Below, piece after piece: positions 1-8,457 of a DNA stretch of 64,000 nucleotides; the stretch's first letter is position 1, and the number at the start of each line of letters is the position of its first letter. The notes under the pieces were generated by a model that was not told the origin of the DNA, made no database searches, and was given only the letters and a program-made list of their open reading frames with translations. Source of the DNA: Bacilli bacterium (GTDB lineage: Bacteria; Bacillota_I; Bacilli_A; RF39; UBA660); NCBI GenBank assembly GCA_022795155.1, contig JAAWGF010000002.1, positions 17,096 to 81,095 of the forward strand, given 5' to 3'. The position numbers and the translations under genes were made by a program.

Positions 1-73
1 CTAAGTTAAACATTTTTTCCCCTTACTATAACTAATTTTAAAAGTTATATTTTTAACTTATTTTCTTAGTGTT

Positions 74-880
74 TTAGATTTTTAATGACTTCTCCTGTTT
101 AATCGAATATAGCTCTTCATATGATGGAAATGCATCTGGATTTGTATAAAGACTTGTTGATCTAAAATTAAAATATGTGTGTGGACTGGAGCATCCATAG
201 TAAATTGATTTATCTCTGTATACTTGTATATTACCATTTATTACCCATTCTGGTATATTGTTAAAACTTGCTAAATAGTGATATTCCGAATTCATTTCTT
301 CATCACGATACTTTTCTATATTATTGATATTTGTGTATGAAATTTCTTGATTCGAATAAGTTTTAAATATTGGTACTGATACTTCTTTAGGACGAATATT
401 ACAAGATCTGCTTTTATAAATAAAATTCCAAACCTCATCAAAATTCTCTGGGACAACTGTTGACAAAAAATAATTTTGTTTATCAAAAGCATTTGGATTT
501 CCAATTTCAGCATACTCTATATTATATTTAACAAGAGTATTGAATAGTTTAATCATTTCATCAATTCTAGTAATATCAAATTGCTCATCATTAAATAAAT
601 GTTTAAGATATGAACAATACTCTCCATTAGGTAATATTTTATCGAAATAAAGCAATATCTCAATACCTTTAAATTTTTCTCTATCACGAAAATTTGATAG
701 GCAACGAAGATGTCTAAAAGCTCTATCGCTAATATCTCTTTTTTGATTACAAAAAAATACAATTTCTTTCTCAAGAGCAAGCATAGATTCATATATTTCT
801 TCTTTACTACACCCAAAATCAAACATACTTTTTATAACTTCCAAATATATTTTAAATTGCCTTATACTTTTTTTCTTCAC
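74..880 (-). CDS. hypothetical protein (268 aa)
   Basis: Long uninterrupted ORF in very AT-rich DNA. No family motif recognised by eye. A further minus-strand ATG at 11-13 suggests the operon continues off the left edge. Confidence 0.45.
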   Translation of the reverse strand: MKKKSIRQFKIYLEVIKSMFDFGCSKEEIYESMLALEKEIVFFCNQKRDISDRAFRHLRCLSNFRDREKFKGIEILLYFDKILPNGEYCSYLKHLFNDEQFDITRIDEMIKLFNTLVKYNIEYAEIGNPNAFDKQNYFLSTVVPENFDEVWNFIYKSRSCNIRPKEVSVPIFKTYSNQEISYTNINNIEKYRDEEMNSEYHYLASFNNIPEWVINGNIQVYRDKSIYYGCSSPHTYFNFRSTSLYTNPDAFPSYEELYSIKQEKSLKI

Positions 881-1000
881 CTAATACAATCATATATATC
901 CTCCCAAACTAAATTTTAATAATGCCTATTATATCACTTTTTTATTAAAAAAGCAAGGAAACAAAATCTGATTCCTTGATATTATAATTTCAATTTTTAG

Positions 1001-1039
1001 AAAAGAAAAGCATACTATTCATCGTTAAATGAATAGTAT
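1001..1039 (-). terminator. intrinsic terminator after the coaB operon
   Basis: 11-bp stem (1012-1022 / 1029-1039) with a 6-nt loop. On the minus strand it is followed by the U-rich tract GCUUUUCUUUU. It sits just downstream of the stop at 1070. Confidence 0.6.
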
Positions 1040-1069
1040 ACTATAAATTATTATTATTTAAAAGTTTTT

Positions 1070-1836
1070 TTAAAACAAAATTTTGTGTAATGTCTTTGCT
1101 ATTTCATCTTTAGTTTCTGTTCGATATTCAACCCCATTCTCCCCTACAAAATAGGCAATATGTTTACCATCACCAATTTTTGATAAGTCATTGGCTATTA
1201 TGTATTCAGCATTATTTTTTTCTCTTAATTTAGTAGCAACTTTAATTAATTCTTCTTCTGAAACCCCATCAAGTAATTTAAATCCAATTAACTCTGTCAA
1301 AGGAGATATTTTTTTATCTCACCTATAACTTTAGGAGTAAGATCTAATTTAAACATTAAGTCTGGCTCATATGATGAAATTTTATGGTCATCACTAACGG
1401 TAACACTAGGTTCGCGTAATATTTTTAAAATACCTTCTCTTAATTCATCTAAAGAAACACGATTGTTATATGCATATTGCGCTAATTCACTTGCTAACAT
1501 GCTTGCTGTAATACTATATTTTCCTTTATAATCTCCAACAGCGGCACTATGAACAACTGCATCTATCTTTTCTGATGTTAAAATATTCTTAAGAGCATTT
1601 AATAAATCATCCGTTGATTCTACGGTAACATACTTTATTTTAGGTGATTCTACCAATGGTTTCCTCGTCAATTTTGTTGATAAATAATAAAGATTATTTA
1701 TATTTTTTTCTTCATTTTCTATAAAATGTGTAGCAATCGTTGCACCTAAAGCACCCGTTGACATATTTGTAATTTTCATAACAGCATCAAGCCTTTCATT
1801 CGTTGGACCGGCTGTAATAATAATATTTTTTTTCAT
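1070..1836 (-). pseudogene. coaB: phosphopantothenate-cysteine ligase (CoaB type) split by a frameshift in a homopolymer
   Basis: The 179-aa ORF (MKKNIIITAGPTNERLD...MSTGALG...TPKVIGEIKK) and the 76-aa ORF (LIGFKLL...IIANDL...) together cover a full streptococcal-type CoaB. The frames meet at the T7 run 1309-1315 (A7 on the coding strand). One extra A gives a continuous ...GEIKKISPLTELIGFKLL... reading. Confidence 0.7.
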
Positions 1837-2684
1837 TTTTTTAAAACCTTCTTTCTTATCATTCCAACCTCAATATTTTTAGGATTATTCATATAACTAT
1901 CACTTCGACCAAATCGCGAAAAATTATTTATAAATTCACCATAAAAATATTCAGATTCGTTTCCTAATCTAAGTATTGATGAAACATAATCATCCATCAA
2001 TATTCCTTCTTTTAAAAGCCACTCTTTTTCATGTCCCTGAATTGGGCCATAAATATAACTTTTGCCATTACCATAATCTTTCCCTTGATATGTTGAAACA
2101 CAATTTACCATAAATGTATAAATATCTTCTCGGTGATTATGAATAACTCTACTTTCATCTAAGAATACTCGAGGATTATTATTAGAACAAATGCATATAA
2201 TTCCAAACAAATCATCGACACTTCTAACGATGTAATGAGCATTTTGATAATACTCCATACAATTAAGAATTATTAATTTTTTATCATTAAAATAAAATGT
2301 ATGCTCATCCAGTTTGTTTTTCATAAATTCTTCAACTGTACCATTCCGTATATTTCTTATCATTGGTTCTGAACCACTTACATTATATTTAGGAATACAA
2401 TATTGTTTTCCATCTTTATAAACAATTGTAATATTTATTCCTTGATTATATATGCTACCGGCAATGACTAATCTTCCGTTCGATAACTCATTATAATAAT
2501 CATCATTAGCTCTTATGTAACACATTTCGGGAAATATAATAATATCTGGATTTTTGATTTTAATAATTTCTTTGACACATTCCATATCTTTTTTTAATGC
2601 TTCGGTTTCAATTAAGAATTCATTCTTATAATCACAATCTAACTGCACATTTAATTGAAAGCCCAAAATTTTTAAATAATCCAC
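1833..2684 (-). CDS. carbon-nitrogen hydrolase (nitrilase superfamily) family protein
   Basis: A Glu-Lys-Cys triad context is recognisable: IIFPEM, CIPKYN, ILNCMEYY. The likely start is GTG 2684, 6 nt after AGGAGGT; the track ORF extends to 2741 without an SD. The stop overlaps the coaB start as ATGA at 1833-1836. Confidence 0.6.
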   Translation of the reverse strand: MDYLKILGFQLNVQLDCDYKNEFLIETEALKKDMECVKEIIKIKNPDIIIFPEMCYIRANDDYYNELSNGRLVIAGSIYNQGINITIVYKDGKQYCIPKYNVSGSEPMIRNIRNGTVEEFMKNKLDEHTFYFNDKKLIILNCMEYYQNAHYIVRSVDDLFGIICICSNNNPRVFLDESRVIHNHREDIYTFMVNCVSTYQGKDYGNGKSYIYGPIQGHEKEWLLKEGILMDDYVSSILRLGNESEYFYGEFINNFSRFGRSDSYMNNPKNIEVGMIRKKVLKK

Positions 2685-2710
2685 TTTTTTACCTCCTTCT
2701 AATTGTATTT

Positions 2711-2751
2711 TATAACAAATAATAATATAATTAAAATACATATTTGTTATA
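2711..2751. promoter_or_regulatory. inverted repeat, candidate LysR-type operator in a divergent promoter region
   Basis: Perfect 11-bp arms TATAACAAATA (2711-2721) and TATTTGTTATA (2741-2751) are separated by 19 bp. The repeat lies between the nitrilase-like gene start (2684) and the LysR start (2771). Confidence 0.35.
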
Positions 2752-2770
2752 CTATATATAAGGAGGACTT

Positions 2771-3673
2771 ATGAATATAGATTTAAATCTTTATTATATT
2801 TTTCATACTGTAGCTAAATTGGGAAGTATAACTAAAGCTTCCGAAGAACTATTTGTATCGCAACCTGCTATCACGCAATCAATTAAAACATTAGAAAGTC
2901 TAATAGGAGCAACTCTATTTATTAGGACTAAAAAAGGGGTAATTTTAACTGAAGAAGCTAAAGTTTTATATAATTATATAGATGAGGGTCTTACATTTAT
3001 AAAAAATGGTGAAGCTAAATTTCAAGAACTAATGAATCTACAAGATGGAACATTAAAAATAGGTGCTAGTACTACAGTAACTCAACATGTTCTTTTGCCA
3101 TATCTTGAAAAATTTACTAATCTTTATCCCAATATAAATGTTTCTATTACCAACCATTTGACATCTGAATTAATAACGCTCCTTAGAAATGGCACAGTTG
3201 ATATATTAATTCTTAATCTCCCAACTGAAGAATATTTTGATTTAGAAATAAATCCATTTATGGAAGTACATGATATCTTTGCCGTTAGTAACAAACTAAA
3301 AAAATTATTAGAGAAAGAACATAGCTTAACCGATCTTTTAAAAAATGACTTTATTTTTCAAAAAAGTCCCTCTAATACGCGCACTTTTTTAAATAACTTT
3401 CTATCTTCTAAAAATATGGTTATCGAACCTAAATATGAAGTAGTTAGTTTTAATTTAGTTAAAGATATGACCAAAATAGGTCTTGGGATTGGATATCTTA
3501 CAAAAGAATTTATTGAATCAGAAATAAAAAATAAAGAATTATTTCCAATTAAAATAAAACCTAGTATTCCACCACGACAAATAGGTTTAGTAACTATTAA
3601 AAAAAATATTCCTTCTTTCGCTGCTCGTTCATTTATTAATCTAATTTTAAACAAAAAAAAAGATATTCACTAA
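2771..3673 (+). CDS. LysR-family transcriptional regulator
   Basis: N-terminal winged HTH (GSITKASEELFVSQPAITQSIKTLE), ~300 aa, with a substrate-binding-domain-like C-terminus. AGGAGG lies 4 nt upstream of the ATG. It is divergent from the nitrilase-coaB operon. Confidence 0.85.
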   Translation: MNIDLNLYYIFHTVAKLGSITKASEELFVSQPAITQSIKTLESLIGATLFIRTKKGVILTEEAKVLYNYIDEGLTFIKNGEAKFQELMNLQDGTLKIGASTTVTQHVLLPYLEKFTNLYPNINVSITNHLTSELITLLRNGTVDILILNLPTEEYFDLEINPFMEVHDIFAVSNKLKKLLEKEHSLTDLLKNDFIFQKSPSNTRTFLNNFLSSKNMVIEPKYEVVSFNLVKDMTKIGLGIGYLTKEFIESEIKNKELFPIKIKPSIPPRQIGLVTIKKNIPSFAARSFINLILNKKKDIH

Positions 3674-3737
3674 TATAATCTTTAGTAAATATCTCATATT
3701 AAAAAATATATAAGTCAAAAACTAGCAATTAGTATTT

Positions 3738-5168
3738 TTACATTTTTTTAGAATCTTGTAAGTTATTATTTTTTATTTTGTCAATAAAAGCAAGTTTTTC
3801 TTCAATTTTGGTGTCTTTACTCTCAATTAGATAATTTGAAACCTTCTGTAATAGTTGCTCAAATAATTCAGTAAATGTTAATTTTTGATTTAATAATACT
3901 TGCATTTTTTTATTTAAAGACATTCCAAATTGATAATATTGATATTGTTGATAATCTACATTACCCAAGATTTCTTTTGGTGATTTTTCCTTTTTGTTTT
4001 GGCATTTTTTAATTTTTTCTTTACTGTTTTTTATATTTTCAATTATTTGGTCCTTAAATCTTTCTAAAGTGAATAACTCTAATTCTGATAAGAGTTCATT
4101 TTGTAAATTTTTAGATTGACTTGCGATATATTCTTTTTCTTCATTAATAATTTCTAAATATTTTTTCTTCAATAAATCAGGATTTTGTAATAGTATCATA
4201 TTTTCCTTTAAAAATTCATTGTTCCGATTTTGACTTTCTAAAATATTTTTTCTATCTGATTCAAGTTCAAGGAAAACTATTTCATCCCAAGCACATAGTC
4301 TTTTTGAACATCGATTCAAGCTTTTATCTACAGATTTACTAAATATTTCCTCTGTATTTTCAGAATTACAGGAAGCTACGATAATAGTTACTAGTGAAAA
4401 TATATCAGAAAAATGATTTCTACTTTCAGAAGTATTAGAAATATATTTAAAAATTTCTGGAAAAATATAGGGATGATTATATTGATCAGCTTTATTCCAA
4501 GCATTACACATCTCTTTTGGAATAACCATCATTAATAATGTATATGTAAGATAATAAATATGATATAAATTTTCTGGACATATAAGTAAATCATTTTCGG
4601 AGTAATTTATAAGATTAGAATGATACTCTGCTTCACCTTCGTTGAGCATATTTAACATGTCTTTTGGAAAAGGAAATTCGCTTGGATAAGCAAATACTTG
4701 ATTTACATGTTGCAATTCATGCTGCAATGTATACTCTAATTCTTTTCTATTAACTAATTCAATTTTTGCTCCACCCCGATTTACTCCATAAGCAGACAAA
4801 TAATAATCGCCATTTGGATCTAAAAAATAATTTTCTCCTTTTTTTGATAATCTATTCTCTACTTTATCGATAATATTCGCGGGGATTTTTTTTATGTGAC
4901 TATATAATATACATTTAGGGTTATTTATTATCTCTAAAAAATCAATTATTTTTAAACTTTCTGTTTGTCTTAATTTTTCAAAAGAATTTTTTATATAATC
5001 ATCTAAACTGAAATTGTCCAAAATATTGGAGTTGGCATCATAGAAATTGAAAAAATAAAGTAACCACCCAATTAAAGTATTGGCAGTTATATCATCATTC
5101 CAATTTTTTTCTTGCATAATTTGGTTTAATTTTTTAAGATATATTAATAAATTAGTATAATTCGGCAT
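3738..5168 (-). CDS. putative zinc metallopeptidase (HEXXH) with a long C-terminal coiled-coil-like region
   Basis: Motif LQHELQHV is followed ~25 aa later by NEGEAEYH (gluzincin-like third ligand). The C-terminal ~180 aa is K/E/N/Q-rich and heptad-like. No family was assigned. Confidence 0.45.
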   Translation of the reverse strand: MPNYTNLLIYLKKLNQIMQEKNWNDDITANTLIGWLLYFFNFYDANSNILDNFSLDDYIKNSFEKLRQTESLKIIDFLEIINNPKCILYSHIKKIPANIIDKVENRLSKKGENYFLDPNGDYYLSAYGVNRGGAKIELVNRKELEYTLQHELQHVNQVFAYPSEFPFPKDMLNMLNEGEAEYHSNLINYSENDLLICPENLYHIYYLTYTLLMMVIPKEMCNAWNKADQYNHPYIFPEIFKYISNTSESRNHFSDIFSLVTIIVASCNSENTEEIFSKSVDKSLNRCSKRLCAWDEIVFLELESDRKNILESQNRNNEFLKENMILLQNPDLLKKKYLEIINEEKEYIASQSKNLQNELLSELELFTLERFKDQIIENIKNSKEKIKKCQNKKEKSPKEILGNVDYQQYQYYQFGMSLNKKMQVLLNQKLTFTELFEQLLQKVSNYLIESKDTKIEEKLAFIDKIKNNNLQDSKKM

Positions 5169-5358
5169 TTATATCATCTCGCATTGCTTTATACAATTCA
5201 AAATCAATATTTTTGACTTGTTCCAATTTTTCAATTTTTTCTTCTTTAGAATTAAAGATATTTTTATTTAAAAGTATATTCCATCTATCAATAATTTCAT
5301 AAACTAAATCTTCATTTTGACAAATTTCAAGATATTTTAATTTACAATTCTCTGGCAT
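5152..5358 (-). CDS. small hypothetical protein (68 aa), 17-nt overlap with the downstream HEXXH gene
   Basis: The ORF is immediately upstream of 3738-5168, on the same strand and overlapping it, which suggests translational coupling. Confidence 0.4.
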   Translation of the reverse strand: MPENCKLKYLEICQNEDLVYEIIDRWNILLNKNIFNSKEEKIEKLEQVKNIDFELYKAMRDDINAELY

Positions 5359-5528
5359 ATTTTTACACCCCTTATAAATTAATTATACCATATAAAATAG
5401 GATAATATCATATTTAAATTTATTAATTTATGAATTACAAAAATAAAGGTTATGATAACATACTTATTAAAAAAAGCAATTATTTTACACACTATCAATT
5501 AATTCTTTTATTTAGGCGTTGTTTTTAT

Positions 5529-5556
5529 AAAAAAAGAATTTCCTATTAAGAAATTC
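5529..5556 (-). terminator. intrinsic terminator after the PH-domain gene
   Basis: 7-bp stem GAATTTC / GAAATTC (5536-5542, 5550-5556), followed on the minus strand by U7 (plus-strand A-run 5529-5535). Confidence 0.5.
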
Positions 5557-5579
5557 ATAATTTTACAAATATATTTGAA

Positions 5580-6053
5580 TTAATTTTCTTCTAATTTAAA
5601 GTGAATATCGTCATTTATCAATTTTTTTATATCTTGTTTAGTTGGTTCTTGATTACTAATTATACGATTAATACACGTATAAAGAATTCTAAGACGAACT
5701 TTATCATCTGGAGCGACATTTATAAATTTTAATTTAATAGGATATCCACAATCTAATAATAAATTTAGTAAAGCACTACTCTTTTCAAATATTATTGAAA
5801 TTGTTGAAATTGATTTATAAGGGATTGTATACATTTGTTTTTTTATTTTAAATTTACTAACACTATCAAACAGTATAATTTTATTATCTGTAAAAACGCC
5901 ATGATCTCTAGACGTTTTATATGCTACTAATATTTTTTCATCATCTAAAACATAATGCCTAATATAACCTGGTAATTCTGATTTATTAATGACATTAGAA
6001 AAATTGAATTTTTTTGTTATCTCTTTATATTTTACATAAAACACTTCTACCAC
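5580..6053 (-). CDS. bacterial PH-domain protein (YokE/DUF1696-like)
   Basis: The pattern ...ILVAYKTSRDHGVFTDNKIILFD...KKQMYTIPYKSISTISI... is typical of bacterial PH domains. The start is uncertain: GTG 6053 sits inside an AGGTGG, so GTG 6044 is a plausible alternative. Confidence 0.55.
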   Translation of the reverse strand: MVEVFYVKYKEITKKFNFSNVINKSELPGYIRHYVLDDEKILVAYKTSRDHGVFTDNKIILFDSVSKFKIKKQMYTIPYKSISTISIIFEKSSALLNLLLDCGYPIKLKFINVAPDDKVRLRILYTCINRIISNQEPTKQDIKKLINDDIHFKLEEN

Positions 6054-6131
6054 CTAAATTAATTATAACATAATTAATTAAATTATAAAATTAAATGTAT
6101 TTTTATTTGTTATTTTCTATGATAAAATTTA

Positions 6132-6160
6132 TTGACATTATAATATTTCTGTGTTATTGT
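6132..6160 (+). promoter_or_regulatory. sigma-A-like promoter for the 6203 gene
   Basis: TTGACA (6132-6137), 17-bp spacer, then an extended -10 TGtTATTGT (6152-6160). Confidence 0.4.
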
Positions 6161-6202
6161 AATTTAATATTTTTTCATATATTTATAAGGAGGGAAATCT
6201 TT

Positions 6203-7450
6203 ATGAAAGAAATTAATTATATGAATAAAACTTTTTTAAAAAAATTAGCAAAAAAAACACTTAAAATTACTAAGAATACATTAATAGGTATTGCCACTAT
6301 ATCTACAGTTGGAGTGGGTGGATATTCGGCATATATTCATAATTCTTTAAGTAAAATTGAAATAGATCAAAGTAAAGTTAAAAAGATTGTTGAAACATAT
6401 GATGATGAGATTACATTTGTTTGCTTAAATGACTCACAAGCTATCAATATAAATCCCTGTTTTTGGGAACCAAATGCAGTAGAATATATTGAAAATGCTT
6501 TTATAAAACAAGGCGCTAATGTTAAATTTATTAATTCCTCATCTTTGAAGTTTAATAAAACTAATCATATTGATAAGATTTTAGATAATAATTTAAGTTA
6601 TGAAGAAATTAAAAACTTAAATTTATTAGGAGCTAAAGCAGCTTTTAGTAAAATTTCTTCTGACTTTCATATTCCAATTGATTGTGGATTTATAGGCTCC
6701 GTTTTTGTTGATCCTGTTAAAGATGGTGACGAATCACTTTATATTTCTTCAACAATACAAAATAGTAATAACCCAATTATTTTATATACTTGTGGCGCTA
6801 ACGATTTAATGCGAGCTCTTAATAATAATCCTTTATCAATAAAGAAATATGATAAAGATGGAAATATTGCTGATAATTATTTATATAGCGTTTATAAAGC
6901 AAATCAAAATTCAACTTTAGATAATATTATAAATGATGTAGAAAATAATTTTAAAAACATTTATGCTTTAAATCCTTCTTGTCAAATATATGCTTTATCT
7001 CTTTATCTTCCTAACAATGTTTCTGGTGAAGACATGCAACCATTTGTAAAAATAATAAACGAGTACAATAAAAGATTTAAAGAGTTATGTGATGATTACA
7101 ATGTTCATTATATTTCAACTTCTGATTTAGCTGAGGTATATATGGAAACAGCTAATTTTCATATTAATGAGCAAGGGCATAAAATTTTAGCTAATCTTTT
7201 AATTAATGAAATTGCTAAAAATAACTTGAGCCTAATAGAAAACAATTGTCAAAAGAATTCAATTATTCAAAGTAAAGGATTAAGTGGGTTTGCATGCAGT
7301 TTAAACGATGAAATTGATTTGGTCCCATGTGAAGATTATAACGAATTAAATGCTGAATATTTATATGAAGTTCAAAAAACTATTAAAGGCGAATTTGCAG
7401 AAGAAAGAGATTTATCTAATAAAGCAAAAGAATTGACAAAAAAATATTAA
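6203..7450 (+). CDS. membrane-anchored SGNH/GDSL-like hydrolase family protein
   Basis: Start moved to ATG 6203 (AAGGAGGG upstream); the track ORF from 6095 has no SD. It has an N-terminal TM segment (LIGIATISTVGVGGYSAYI). SGNH-like blocks are present: LNDSQ, YTCGANDL, FHINEQGH. Confidence 0.5.
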   Translation: MKEINYMNKTFLKKLAKKTLKITKNTLIGIATISTVGVGGYSAYIHNSLSKIEIDQSKVKKIVETYDDEITFVCLNDSQAININPCFWEPNAVEYIENAFIKQGANVKFINSSSLKFNKTNHIDKILDNNLSYEEIKNLNLLGAKAAFSKISSDFHIPIDCGFIGSVFVDPVKDGDESLYISSTIQNSNNPIILYTCGANDLMRALNNNPLSIKKYDKDGNIADNYLYSVYKANQNSTLDNIINDVENNFKNIYALNPSCQIYALSLYLPNNVSGEDMQPFVKIINEYNKRFKELCDDYNVHYISTSDLAEVYMETANFHINEQGHKILANLLINEIAKNNLSLIENNCQKNSIIQSKGLSGFACSLNDEIDLVPCEDYNELNAEYLYEVQKTIKGEFAEERDLSNKAKELTKKY

Positions 7451-7457
7451 TACTATC

Positions 7458-7494
7458 AAAAAATATAGACTTTTTGTTTAAGCCTATATTTTTT
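7458..7494. terminator. bidirectional hairpin between convergent genes
   Basis: 11-bp arms AAAAAATATAG (7458-7468) / CTATATTTTTT (7484-7494), with A/T runs on both sides. Confidence 0.45.
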
Positions 7495-7846
7495 ATCTAT
7501 TATTATCAATAAATGCATCCAATTCGCCATTTTTAAAATAAATTGTTTCCTCATATTTTTCTTGATTTCTCACAGGTAAGAAAATAGATAATTGGACTAA
7601 ATTATTTCCACATTTTGAGCATCGATATTTCTTTATTCCACAAGCATATATTCCTATTGGTATATCTTTTTTACTAGAAACTTTTACTAAATTTTTTTTA
7701 TAGTATTCAGCGTTTTCATGTGAAACATAATGACCTACCGACATTGGTAGCATAAATAATTGCTTGTAATTTTCGGTCATCGCTATTTGACAAGAACTGC
7801 ACCAATCACTATGAAAAAGTGCCTTTATTTTTTTTATTATCCCCAT
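7493..7846 (-). CDS. zinc-ribbon-like small protein (117 aa)
   Basis: Two CxxC pairs are present (CSSC near the N-terminus, CSKC near residue 76). Its ATG directly abuts the upstream stop (TAAATG at 7844-7849). Confidence 0.45.
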   Translation of the reverse strand: MGIIKKIKALFHSDWCSSCQIAMTENYKQLFMLPMSVGHYVSHENAEYYKKNLVKVSSKKDIPIGIYACGIKKYRCSKCGNNLVQLSIFLPVRNQEKYEETIYFKNGELDAFIDNNR

Positions 7847-8431
7847 TTACTTATCGTTTTGGCGAGCGGTTTCTAATACATTAACCATTTTATCAGCTTT
7901 AGAAATACCTGTTAAAATATAATCACTATTCATTTTAAAACGTTGATTAGATTTAAATGTATAAACGCGTACTTTTACATCATCGATTGTAAATAAGAAA
8001 CTTACGCAACTACTTCCTTCCATAAAGCCAACTCCGCCTTTTCCATCATCAACCCAAGCTTTACCAATTCTTTTAGCAGAAATAATATAACTCTCGGTTG
8101 GATTCCAAAAAAATTGAAGTCCGATTTTTCCAGCATTTACATCAACAATTACTTCAGCTCCATCGCCATAAAATGTGTTATTTTGAACTAATCCTTGTTC
8201 TTTAAACATATTTTCTAATCTCTTTTTATTTTTTTTAAAGATAATTTTTCCTCCAAAAATCCACCAAATGATTGATATAAAAGGTGAACCTAATAATAGA
8301 ATAACACACATAGTACCTTCTCTGAAGAAATTATAGCTTATTAAATAACAAATTGTAATCAAAATTACAGGTATAAATATATACCCTAATAAATATAATA
8401 AATTAATTTTTTTGATTTTCTTATTTTCCAT
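7847..8431 (-). CDS. two-TM membrane protein with a soluble C-terminal domain (194 aa)
   Basis: Start moved to ATG 8431 (AAAGGAG 7 nt upstream). Two hydrophobic helices are followed by a beta-rich-looking ~120-aa domain. No family was assigned. Confidence 0.45.
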   Translation of the reverse strand: MENKKIKKINLLYLLGYIFIPVILITICYLISYNFFREGTMCVILLLGSPFISIIWWIFGGKIIFKKNKKRLENMFKEQGLVQNNTFYGDGAEVIVDVNAGKIGLQFFWNPTESYIISAKRIGKAWVDDGKGGVGFMEGSSCVSFLFTIDDVKVRVYTFKSNQRFKMNSDYILTGISKADKMVNVLETARQNDK

Positions 8432-8457
8432 TCTAACACTCCTTTTAAATTTAAAAA

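Noticed and set aside
6095-6202. N-terminal 36-codon extension of the SGNH gene given in the ORF track, and similar 5' extensions at 2685-2741, 8432-8467, 28545-28568, 35728-35763 and 50772-50831
   Set aside because: The extensions lack SD sequences and are Phe/Ile/Leu-rich, while internal start codons have good SDs and give conventional N-termini. I used the internal starts.
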